Shown here in pieces: positions 49,741 to 61,133 of a DNA stretch of 64,000 nucleotides. The notes below the pieces were generated by a model. It did no database searches and was not told the origin of the DNA. It worked only from the letters and a program-made list of their open reading frames with translations. The stretch's first letter is position 1, and every line of letters begins with the position of its first letter. Both the position numbers and the translations under genes were made by a program. Source of the stretch: Hydrolagus colliei (taxonomy: Eukaryota); contig CM068743.1 in NCBI GenBank assembly GCA_035084275.1, positions 48,236,001-48,300,000 on the forward strand, read 5' to 3'.

Positions 49741-51488
49741 GAGTAAACTGTCAAAAGAAACAAGTAGGTCTGCTTCAAGGCATGGATGGGCCTGTCCTTA
49801 TGTTAACAGAACCATTCAAGATATGAACAGGCAATTGAAATAGCACGACTCAGTGTGCAAGAAAGTAACTTTCTATATTTCTATATTGACAGGATCCCCT
49901 ATTGTGACTTGAACTGCATCACTGTATTACATTTTTTTACTCATTTGGTTTAAATTATACGCCAAACAAGTCCCCAACAATAAAAGTCCTTACATTAATT
50001 CATCTTTAAAAATGCATTTTGTTTTTGTCTAACTGGATGGCTTATACTAACCAGCCAGTGTTTTGTACTGACAAGAGTAAACCTGCTAAAATAAGTGATC
50101 ACCAGCTCTTGAATTTCCATCACGCAAGATTACACGTGTAATATCATACCAGTAACAGTTAAAAATTGAAGAATCTTCTGTTCGACTGCCAAGAGCATTT
50201 AAATTTATGCTTTACTTGGCAAGAACCTGGCAGCAAGTTTGTGAAAATGTATTATGCAAACTTGAATAATTTAATTCAGTTGCAAAAGGCTAAAAATTCT
50301 AGCGCAATTGGATATTTTGTTGCTAACTCACATTGTTAATCAAGTATAGCTTAAGGGATTACAGCAATACACTGACTTTTTTTTAGATATACTTTCACCT
50401 CTGAGACCTGGAAATAAATTAAATGCGGACTAATGGAATGCAACCCTCTTTCACAGAGGTTCTTGGGTCCAAAGTGAAATGTGTTTAGGCAAACACATTC
50501 TCAGCCTGCAGCACAAAATAGAGAAATTTACACAGACTACAAGTACTGTACATCAGAGACCAAATTTTCACCTGGTAGAAGCCTTACGAACACTGTCAGA
50601 AGTGATAAGATTACGATAAGGTTTTGAACATTCTTAAATTCAATCTCAATTTAGTCGCCGGTATTCACAGCGCTCAAAAACTGGAAAACCATTAGGGATG
50701 GCAGACCATCCCTAATGGCCATTAGTAGGAAAGGATAGATTCATGGATGAAAATTAAGAAGTTTCCAAAAATTTTATTTTAAAACAATGGTCAGATGAAC
50801 TCTGGTGTGGAACCAGCTCAAAAAAATGTGGCAAATTCTCCCTAATTCAGTGTGGACTTTCTCTGCATTTCACTTTTGCCAAATCCAAATGGTCAGCACT
50901 CTGCAGAGGCAAAATGTGGAAACCACCAGCTGAAGTACTGGCATCCCCACACTGCGAAATGCAGAGGTCACTGAAACCCGATTATCTGAAAGTTCCACAT
51001 CAGCTGCTTTCTCAATGAGAGTCAAAATGTGGTGTGTACACTATTTGAAAACATTTGGCAAATTTCCAGACTGACACATTCTCACAGACAGAAAAGAAAG
51101 TCAACCCAGGATAGAATATCAAGCTCCCAATAACCAAGGTAAGATAAGGTCTGAACTGGGAACCTTTCAGGAATGGTCCATGACACAACCGTATATAAAA
51201 CAAAAGCAAAATATTTTGACAGATATTTTTATGGAAGATTAAGTGAAAATGGGTTAATTTTTCAACAAACAAAATAATTTGGATAGGACATGTTAACCAC
51301 CTCAATTTTCAAAGCTTAGGTGATTTACTATCATTTTACAGGCTAAGTTTTACTCTCACCGACCCCCCCAAATCAGTGTCCATTCTTTATTTGTCCTTTT
51401 CAAACGTTTATGAATCACTGATGCTCAGTGAACCGGTCAATGGATTTCCTTATGCAATTAGAATTTTCAGAATCAATTCAAATCTCAC

Positions 51489-51634
51489 CTCATCTTTAGA
51501 AAAAGCAAAAACGTAAGACAGCTTCTTTCCCCATCCAATTTCGTACAGAAGTGGCTTGTCACAAACATTTTCACAAGGATCACAATGTAGCCACCTTTTC
51601 TGGGAATTTAAGTAAACCTCTGTCCACACGTGGT
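51489..51634 (-). CDS. NGLY1: NGLY1 exon 7 (DHVWTEVY...[35 protein letters not shown]; catalytic His and Asp)
   Basis: cttcag acceptor, GAG|gtgag donor, 146 nt, phase 1/0. Confidence 0.96.
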
Positions 51635-52560
51635 CTGAAGATACAACCATAACATATCACATTATCGATATTAAATTAGAAATATACAGGGAAATAGAGT
51701 TTTCCCTAATATTCTTAAATCAGCCAGAAAACATACAAATATACAAACTCCTAATATTGACCAATTCTTCAACATTATTAAACACTTCAAAGAGTGAAAG
51801 AACAAAGACAATAAAAATCAAAGCATTGATTACATCTATTCACTTACACAACTTGTACTCTATTTAGATTAATCTAAATAAGATTACAGCAGTGTGTAGA
51901 TCATGGGGTATATAGCTAATAATAATAAAAAAGGGATAGAGCACAAATTATATAATATACTGAAGCTTGGTGTAACATTAATTCAGCCGCATTAAAAAAA
52001 GGCACCTTTTCCTTTGAATGGAGATGAGAATTTAATGTACAGATATCCATAGATAGTATAAAATATGGTTCCACAAATGTGTTTTGAGACAAATTATGAA
52101 AGACAATCAGCTGGTAGTCAAATCTCAGTAAATAGGATCCAGGAATTGAAAACCCAGTCAGCACTGCTTGATTGTCACTGTTTTTTACTGAGAGATGATT
52201 TATTTTATTGTGTATTTAATTTCAATAGCAGAAGAAATAAATCATCATAAACATACCCTTGAACATATTTTAGTTCTTTTATAACAGATTTCCCCCTTAC
52301 ACCATAAAGGATACAAGACCCTTATTTTAAATGTGCTAGTTTATATGGTAGCATGCAAATTGGAATTCTGCGGTTATTAAATCAGCACGTCTCTAACAAA
52401 CAACAAAACTTTGCATTGATGTCCTTCCATCAATGACTACCCTTGTCCATCATCATACAGTTTAATTTGGTCCAAATCAATGCAAAATTCTGGGAAAAAA
52501 AAGCATAAGACAGCTACAATGTATTTAAGTGGCATTTCAAACAATTCAATTTATCTTTAC

Positions 52561-52682
52561 CTGTTACATCCCAAATATATCTTGCTTCAAATCCCATAGC
52601 TCTGCAGCACAGTGTAAAACATATGGCCCACTCTCCACAACGTCCACGCCTGGTTTCCAACAGCTTCTCAGGATGATTGTAC
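52561..52682 (-). CDS. NGLY1: NGLY1 exon 6 ([40 protein letters not shown]; catalytic Cys)
   Basis: tttacag acceptor, G|gtaaag donor, 122 nt, phase 2/1; transglutaminase-like core with catalytic Cys codon at 52637-52639. Confidence 0.96.
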
Positions 52683-52757
52683 CTGTAAATTTCAGAGTAC
52701 AATTTTTTTTTGATATAACACAATACTATCCAAATGAAAAAGCAATTTTTTTAACAC

Positions 52758-53046
52758 TAATAATACTTGCATTCGATACAGCACTTTAAGTCTTCCTGAC
52801 ATTTCAAAGTGGTTCACAGAATATACTGTAAAGTGAATTAACTGTATATATGTGGGCGAAACGTGGAAGCCAATGGCTCACAAACTGGTTGTGTCCCATG
52901 AACAGTCGTGGATTGAAATAACTATTTTTTTTGAAGGATTTTTATCAGGCAAATGGAGTAAGAAAACTTGCAAAGTTTATTTCTCCCTGCCTGGAATCAA
53001 ACCTGGATCTCTCACTTGTAAAGCAACCATTGAGCTACAGGACTCC
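52758..53046 (-). mobile_element. tRNA-derived DeuSINE
   Basis: Full head-core-tail in reverse complement, about 75 bp from the NGLY1 exon 6 acceptor. Confidence 0.85.
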
Positions 53047-55504
53047 ATGTTGGTAAGTAAACAGCAGCTAAATTAATTATTTACAAACAATGAGACAAAC
53101 AGAAGCCAATTCACCTGAACATTCGGGGTTGAATTTGGATAAATGAGAAAAATGTCAGAACAACCAAAAATTTTATTTATCTTGGAAATGTTGCAGGATG
53201 TAGATCTTTATGCATTTTGCTTGAGGGATTGAAGCCACAGGAAGCAATATTGAAACTGTGGAGCACTGGTTTGGCTCCATCTAGAGTCAATTTACAATTC
53301 TAGTCACTGCACTATAGTAGTGATGCTCTGGTACTCTAGAGGATACAGTGAAGGGCACCTATTTTCATAGCTGTAATTAGCATCAGAGTTATGTGGAGAA
53401 GCACAGAAGCTGGAAATATTCCTACTGGAGAAGAAAGACTCAGGAGATGTTGTTGGAAGTAATAACGATCCCAGGTGGTATAAAGTAAAAATTCTAATAT
53501 GCTTCAAATCCTACATATGAATATATGCTCTTGGTTACCAATTCTGAATATTAATGAATTAGCAAATTAAGATGCATCATAAAACTATTTTTGGAGGGTG
53601 GATGGCCGGGTGTCTAACAGAGGGAGAAAACCATCACTATGCTTTATCCATCATATGTGAGGAGTTCCATATATTTATTCCACCTACACATGGAAATTTC
53701 CCGGCATCGAGAAAGTCATATACACTGTTCCCCTGGAGGGATGCATTCTGTTTACCCAGATCCAGAGAGTATCAGGCACTGATTGACAAGATCTGTGGTT
53801 GGCCAGACCTGAGGTATTAAATAAACTAATAGGGTTAGGTTTTCTCAGTTAAGTCAAGGCTAAAGCTGAGGTCGGCTTGGGGAGTAATTCATTTTGGAAG
53901 CAGGCAAGAGGCCAGTTTGTTCTAAAGGAAACATTTGTGATTTTGTTTTCCCCAAATAACTTAGATAATTATCCTGTGTACAGTAAACAAACCATATTTA
54001 AATTTGTTTTGGTCAGTGTCTGACACATGTGAAAACCCATCACTGTACTTCAAAGCAGCATCCAAGAGTATCTAAAGCAGACAGAATTCTATACACCCCA
54101 CCTACCCGTAGAAATACGAGTGTGGAATGGAATGTGCACTCCCTCCCCAGAGGGACACATCACGCTTACCTAATTCTAGTATTAGGTACTGGATGGCAAA
54201 AATCAACGTTAGGGAACCCCAGATTGTGGGTTTTTCAAATTTTATCTCATCAGATTTACATTACAATATCAAACAAGAGAAAACATTTACATTACTGATT
54301 ACAAAACATTTTTAGCTTAATTTTATTTTTAAAAGTAGCATAAACTAAATGACGAGCATAAACATAACTGTTCTTCTAAGCTCTGTGCCAGCAAACCAGG
54401 AGATTGTGTGGTTCAAATTCCCCATTTAATCAGAGAATCGACATCAACTTAACACAAATAACACTGAGGTAGAAAAATATTTGCTTTGCTCAGTGATTTT
54501 ATTCCAAAATACACGATTACACATGATTACTTCAAATCATACAGAATTTTAGGAACATGGGTATCTATGTGTCTGGAAAAGTGGCCTGCCTGGTTCATCT
54601 TATTGTCTATGAGACCTCAGTTTAACATCTCATCAGAAGGACTGCACCTCCGACAATGCAACACATCCCCAGCACTGCATTCAAATGCCATTTTAGACTA
54701 CGTGACTCTATGTCCTGATATGCTTGACTTCATAAACGTTTCATTCAACGACAAAAATGCTACCAATAAGCCAGATTGACAAGATAATCACAATGTCTGG
54801 TTTGAAAGAAATTGCTTCACCATTCCTTTTGTTGCCTTCTAAAAAACATACATTACTTTGGAAAAAAATTCCATCTAAATATTTGATAATTTCAGCATTA
54901 CATCATTTGATCAGATTACATCAGAAAAAAAAATTCTGCATCATATTTCAAGTACAACAAAAACGTTGGATGGAACACAACTATACTGTGCAACAATTAT
55001 TCTCAAAGCAGCATGAAATTACTGATAAAGCAGAGGAGGTAAATTGCTCATGGAGGCAACAAATCAGCATGCAATGCTACAAAAAGAAGGGTCACCTAAA
55101 GGACATTCATGGCGATGCTTTCCTGCAAGACTATTTTATACAGTTTAATAATTGGGAATGTTGCAGAATGCAATGGGGATGAGTGGGACTCCTTGGCAAG
55201 ATCATTACATTTAAAAACAGAAGTCTGATTTTAACCAGGCCCTCCCAAAAAAATCTTAAAGCTGAAATTAAGGCCAAATACGCCTGTCTCAATAAATAAT
55301 TTACGATTAGAAATTATGATACTGTATCTTAAAATATCAATGATGATTTTAATGAGTACCAAGTGATTACCATTCCAGATAGCTTTAGAAAAACATGCAG
55401 TTGCACAATGGTCAGCTCGAATGTGTTACACAACTGTAGATGTAGAACATTTCAAAATTAACTTTATTATTCTGAACATGCTGATATCAGCGATGATTGC
55501 CCAC

Positions 55505-55724
55505 CTTGGAAACCGGTTGATGACGTGGCATTTTTTACAAAAATGATTCTCCACTCTTTGGGCATCCCATTTTAAGTCTTCACTGGTTGGTGAAATTGAA
55601 CCATTCGACTGCGTTGATCCTCCACACACACTACAGGGAAGTCCATTTACCCATTGGAAAAAGTCTTGCTTAAACCACTGTAGCAGCTCCAGCAGCAAAA
55701 AATCATGTACACTCACTGTTGCAG
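55505..55724 (-). CDS. NGLY1: NGLY1 exon 5 ([17 protein letters not shown], zinc-binding CSVC and CKKC, NRFPR)
   Basis: ttacag acceptor, AG|gtggg donor, 220 nt, phase 1/2; the two CxxC zinc motifs of PNGase. Confidence 0.94.
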
Positions 55725-56422
55725 CTGTAATATTAAAAACTGCTTAATACATCTTCAAAAGGTACATTAGCAACACATCTCACTTCAGAAGTTATTTCTC
55801 ATTAGTGTATTGGTTATGCAACAGAAACTCAGTGAATGAAAGACAACTCACCCATCCGGTTATGAGCTTCTAGAGAAAAAGCCTTTTAAATCCTAATGCA
55901 TGTGTAGAGCCCTTCCTTACTTAGCTGTACATCTAGCTTAACTCTGGTATATATTGTCAGTTCTTGCCAATCAAAGGAGCTAGTAATCAAGTCTCAAGTG
56001 TATATACTGGTAAAACACACACACACACACATGCTTGAATTGATATCCTGAAAGTTCCATCAAAACAAGTCAATAGGAGGTATGTATTATATAGCAAGAA
56101 TCCATTTTGTTTTCCTTCAATCATCACATCTGTTAATGAATGCACCTCTAAAGAAGCTACTATCTTATTGACTTCTAATGCAGCAATATTGTTGGTGCAT
56201 GCGTGTATATATTATATGGAGAGAGGAGACAGAGAACAGAATGAGGCAAAATGTGAACAGTAGAAACTTGGTGGTGGTGGGGGGGGTGAGAGAGACAATG
56301 AGTATCTAAGTACTGAATATCTGCTCCAACTTTACAAGATTGTAATTGTTGCTCAATCAGCTTTAATATCCTTAACCTCCTGTCCAAACAGCTTCTTGTG
56401 GAATGCTGTAGCTCAGAGGTGT

Positions 56423-56719
56423 GGAGTCCTGTAGCTCAGTGACTAGAGCACTCAGCTTACAAGCGAGAGACCTGGGTTCAATTCCGGGCAGGGCGAAACC
56501 AAAGGCCGGTTTCCTTACTCCATACGCCAGATAATAAACCCTAAAAAAAATTGGTCATTTTAATCCCAACTGTTTGTGGGACACTGCTGTGTGCAATTGG
56601 CTGCTACGTTTCGCCCACATCTATACAGTCAATTCACTTTACAGTATATTCTGTGAAGTGCTTTGAGACATCGAGAAGATGTGAAAAGCGCAATACCAAA
56701 TGCAAGGATTATTATTATT
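56423..56719 (+). mobile_element. tRNA-derived DeuSINE, well preserved
   Basis: GGAGTCCTGTAGCTCAGTG...GGGTTCAATTCCGGGCAGGGCG head, Deu core and (ATT)n tail; a short duplicated head lies at 56399-56420. Confidence 0.9.
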
Positions 56720-57237
56720 GTTTGAAGAGGAACGCTAATCCTCAAACAAGGTGAACATACAAAGTATATCCCGTGAAGTGCTTTTGGGCCTCCTACCGAC
56801 AAGAAATACACTAATCAAACGCAAGGGGTATTTTTGCAATAATAATCCCTGTATTTGATATTGCGCATTTCATGGAGCGAGCCATTTAGTGAGCCACCAA
56901 ATGGCTTTTCACAGAATTTACTATAAATTATTGCAATTGTACCTTGTAGGACAATGTAGCAGCCAATTTGCTCACAGCAACGTCCCACAGCCATCCATCA
57001 AATTAATGACCAATGTTTACTAGAGGATCATGGACCCTTCACCTGAGATCAATCTAACTATTCTGGAGGCTGATTTATCTATCTACCATACATTTCCAGC
57101 ATTTCTGTTTTTATTCCAGATTTACAGTGTATACCATTTTTTCATCTGTAACACATTCAGTCAGCCCCTGGTAGATGTATTGTATGACAGACACAGGGGA
57201 CTTATGAAACACCTTTAAAATTAAAAAGCTTGCTTAC

Positions 57238-57400
57238 CAGAATCCAGTTTTGTGGTGTGTTCCAACTTTTCTTCAGCTCGTTTATTAATTTCATTCATGG
57301 GAATACATGCCAAGGCTTTTTGCTGAAAAGCAGGATTCTCGTACATCAAAACTCGCTGAAAATTGGAGCTCAGAGTTCTCAGGAAGCGTATCTCAGAATG
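57238..57400 (-). CDS. NGLY1: NGLY1 exon 4 (HSEIRFLRTLSSNFQRVLMYENPAFQQKALACIP...)
   Basis: tttcaaag acceptor, G|gtaagc donor, 163 nt, phase 0/1; VL.YENP..Q.KALACIP motif. Confidence 0.92.
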
Positions 57401-58559
57401 CTTTGAAATAAAAAGATTAAGAAAATTCAATAGTATTACAGAATAAAGCTGTAAATGTGGAAGTTTAAAATACTAAACTGTTTTATGCATTTCAGTTCAA
57501 ACAAGTGATAATCCTCACAAAAACCTTACCTATTGGTATGTATAGGTCAAGGCTAGGTGCAAGCAAAATAGGTAAAACAGTTTAGGAGAGTAGCATTTTG
57601 AGCTTCAAATTTACAGTTTTATTCTGTGACACTATTGAATTCTATTGACTGGATAGTTTAGTGCACGATTATATTACTTTAAATGTTTCTGGAAGGAAAG
57701 TAGTTATTAGCGATAATAGCTATTTGATAATGGACAGTTTTGTCATGGAACCTGCAAGCAAACAATGAGCAGTTAAACTATTTAATTACCTTTGACCGTC
57801 CATGCAGCTTCCAACAATCTAAAAGTAATATGCTGCAGCCTAACAAACTAATTGTAGAATTGCAATTCTGAACAGATTGTATTCCAAAGTGTTCACATTC
57901 CTTTGCTCTAAGATTCTGTGTGATTCATAAAACATAACTGTGCCAGCTGTGTCAAAACATATGGCTCTTGGGCCAAGCACAATTGCTAAGAAACTAATTA
58001 GACAAATTGGAAGGTATCCAAATACTGCTTCAACATTTTGTTGAATGAGGCTAATAAAAAAAAACAGGCTATGCTCTTTTTACCACCTCCTCAAAGAAAC
58101 ACTTGTGATGGAATATAACAGCCCCATGTATCCTATAGTTATAGCCAATTTGTCACACTTTGTTGAAAAGAAAGTAGCTGTTCCATGCATCTGTCATGCC
58201 AATTGTTTAAAAATCTATAATCCTGAATTTGGATTAAACCAACAATCAGTAGATGCCCGAGAGCACAATGGCAAGACACAAACATTCACCTCACCAACAA
58301 CACTGAACTTTTTTTTCCCCAGAGCTGTTTCACCATGGGATACAAGAACACAGACTACATCATTTTGTTGCCATCTGCATACAGATGTTTATGGAGAACC
58401 ACTCTGTCTACCCTCTTGACTGTACAGATACATTTGCATCAATGCCAATACTTAAGTGCCCCTCACAATTATTGACTACAAAGTACACTAGTCATTTAAT
58501 TCCCCAACACCTTACCTGTGCAACCTGCTCACACCCCACGACTTTATTTGCCCCCATTT

Positions 58560-58760
58560 TGCAGCCAGATCTGGCTTTCTGCACATCCGAGTCCCTCAAA
58601 TCACTGCTCCACCCTCGCCCGAACCTCTGGAATTTTCTGCATCAATGCCTCCGTCTTGTCCTTTCTTTGCCCAACTTCAGATTACACCTGAAGAATTTCC
58701 ACTTTGCTCGCCCTCCCGATGTGAAAGGCGCTCTATAACTGTAATTGTGTTGTTGTTGTA
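58560..58760 (+). mobile_element. L2 3' end fragment
   Basis: cctcccgatgtgaaaggcgctctataactgtaattgtgttgttgttg tail; very short tails also at about 940-1000, 1520-1583 and 30690-30765. Confidence 0.7.
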
Positions 58761-60076
58761 TGGTCACGTCCCGTTTCTCCCTGGCTCAGTGTAAAATTTG
58801 CAGATCAGTGTGATGTTCTTCTAGTTATGGAAAATATTCCTCACTCAATTCTTTATTAGAAATCAATGCACATCAGCCGGCTTTCTGCGGGCTTGCACGG
58901 TGAATGCAAAAGCATTGACTATCAATCACACCCGAAATAAGGTAGAATAGAATTTTAGGTACCAAACCACCCCCTTATAGCAGATTCTACTTTAGTACGC
59001 GACCTTGAATTAAGACTATCTAGAGAGTCTTATTTGTGGTTCCCAATCAAAAGAATGTTGAAAATATCTAAATCTCATTTCAACCAGCTGCTCTACTGGA
59101 GGAGCTGCAGGCTGTAAGAATATAAATGAGGTTATTCCTGACCAAGCAGAAGGTACAATAGCATTGTATGCAACACACGTTGTGTAAACATCATTTATTC
59201 CCCCAAATACCTCCCTCCTCCTTTTAGTTAAACATATAAGGTTTGGGGGAGTGAGGGAAGGAAGAGTGGAGGGGAGGGGAGAAAGAAGAGCTCAAGAAAG
59301 TGGAGTAATTTATAAATTTCAAAACTGAATACATTTAACGTTGGAAAGCCCTGCTGCGCATTCAAATTTAATTTAAAGCCATCCATATTTGATACTGTAA
59401 TTGATTCAATCGTTAAAAAAACACAGATTGACACAACATTAAAAAAAGCAACTTCAAGATTAAGATTCTACAATTAAGTAAGACCATCCCAACTGGAACA
59501 TATAAAAAAAAGCAAAGAAATTTGGGAACTATATGCAATCAGGATGTTCAAAATCAATTTACAAAACAAAGCTATAACCTATATAATACTAACAAGACAC
59601 AGTGCAGGAGATTAACTGCACAATGTTGGATCTCATGAAACTAAAACCACTTTAATGATTTCAAATGTACAGAGGACAAAAGGAATTCCCCAAAGATTAA
59701 CTGTAAGAAAAGCCCGCAGAATAGGCTGCACCGTCGTAAATCATCTCACGTGAATGTCATCGTGCATCATAGGCATGAAGTGTATTCATCACTAACATCC
59801 ACACCACCAGCTGCTGCTGTCACATCAAATGCAGAACAAAAACTCACACACAAAACTGAAAGGATGGACTATAATAAAAGATACTGTGAGAACATTTCAA
59901 GGGTGCAAATCTGTGTGGTTCACATGACTTATGAACCACTGGGTAATTGTGCTCATATTTGGAATGCCCACCTATCTTTCTAATTTAAAATGTTCCATGG
60001 TTCACATTTGAAATCTGCTGATCACTCCACTGGTAGTGTGCCGATTGAAGCAGGAAATGTTATAACAATCCCTTAC

Positions 60077-60301
60077 CTCAGCTATTGGAGGCTCCCCAGA
60101 TGGCTCGCTCAAAAACGGCATAGCACGGAATGAGACTTCAGACCCTCTTGCCTGAGCCTGGGTTGAAGCAGAAGAGGGCTGTGCTGCTGGGGGACATTTG
60201 ATGCCAGTCATCCTGCGGTTTCTTTCCATAGCAATCTGATCTCGAATTCTTTGCAGGTTTTCTACAGAAGCATTTTTCGGAAACACAAGGTGGGTTTCAT
60301 C
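60077..60301 (-). CDS. NGLY1: NGLY1 exon 3 (DETHLVFPKNASVENLQRIRDQIAMER...PPIAE)
   Basis: tttacag acceptor, GAG|gtaagg donor, 225 nt, phase 0/0; end of PUB domain plus linker. Confidence 0.92.
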
Positions 60302-61018
60302 CTGTAAAGTCAAAAAGGGCATCAACAATGCAACTGTATTATTTGAAGGTCGATGTGTAATTGCGGCACCTTTTCAACAATCCGATGAGTTTATATTTTA
60401 GCGTTTAGCAAACTTTTCCAGGATTAGGTGATTCCAAATTGTCTCTCAGGCTGGTCCAAGGAGCCTCCTGCTGTTAAATTCAATGGAATTGTTCTGCTTA
60501 AACTCCACGTAAGGTTTTGAAACCATACACCGTAGTCTCAGCTAACACCAATATATTGCTGGGGGTGTGCTGCATTTTCGGAGGTAGCGCCCTTCGGATG
60601 AGAAGTTAAAGGACCCGTCTGCCTGAGATCCCATGGAACTGTAAGAGACATTCTCCCAGTTTCGTCGCTAACAATAAAATTGGTCACTCATTCCATGATT
60701 GTTGGTGGGACATTGTTGTGCCCAATTGGTTACCGTATTTCACTCACAATCAATCCACTTTATAATATACACTGCGTAGTGCTTCAAGACATTCCTCTGT
60801 AAACACCCCTCCACACCACATTAAAGGCTCTATATTAAATGTAAGGATTATTATTATTCTAATTCTCTGACCCAGAAAGATGTAGAGGCATAGGCAGATA
60901 GAAAAAGGGCATTGGGATTACAAGATCTGCCAACGTGCAATAAACTAGTGGAACAGGCTCAATGGACTCCTCGTGTTCCTGTATTTCCATTGCTGCAATT
61001 TAAAAAGTCATATTATAC

Positions 61019-61133
61019 CTCTTGAAATCCCATTTCGAAGAGACATTCGACTGCTCCCTTGACTGGTAACAGTCTGGTGGAAAAGGCTGGGTTCGCTATC
61101 TTAATCGATCTGTATTTGTCTTCATGTGGGTTT
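61019..61133 (-). CDS. NGLY1: Peptide:N-glycanase exon 2 (PUB domain; [38 protein letters not shown])
   Basis: acag acceptor, gtataa donor, 115 nt; recognisable NGLY1 PUB sequence. Confidence 0.95.

Noticed and set aside
56423-56496. tRNA-like sequences (also at 26404, 28106, 33542, 35899 and 53046)
   Set aside because: They are SINE heads: no proper acceptor stem, variable anticodon region, and each continues into the SINE body.
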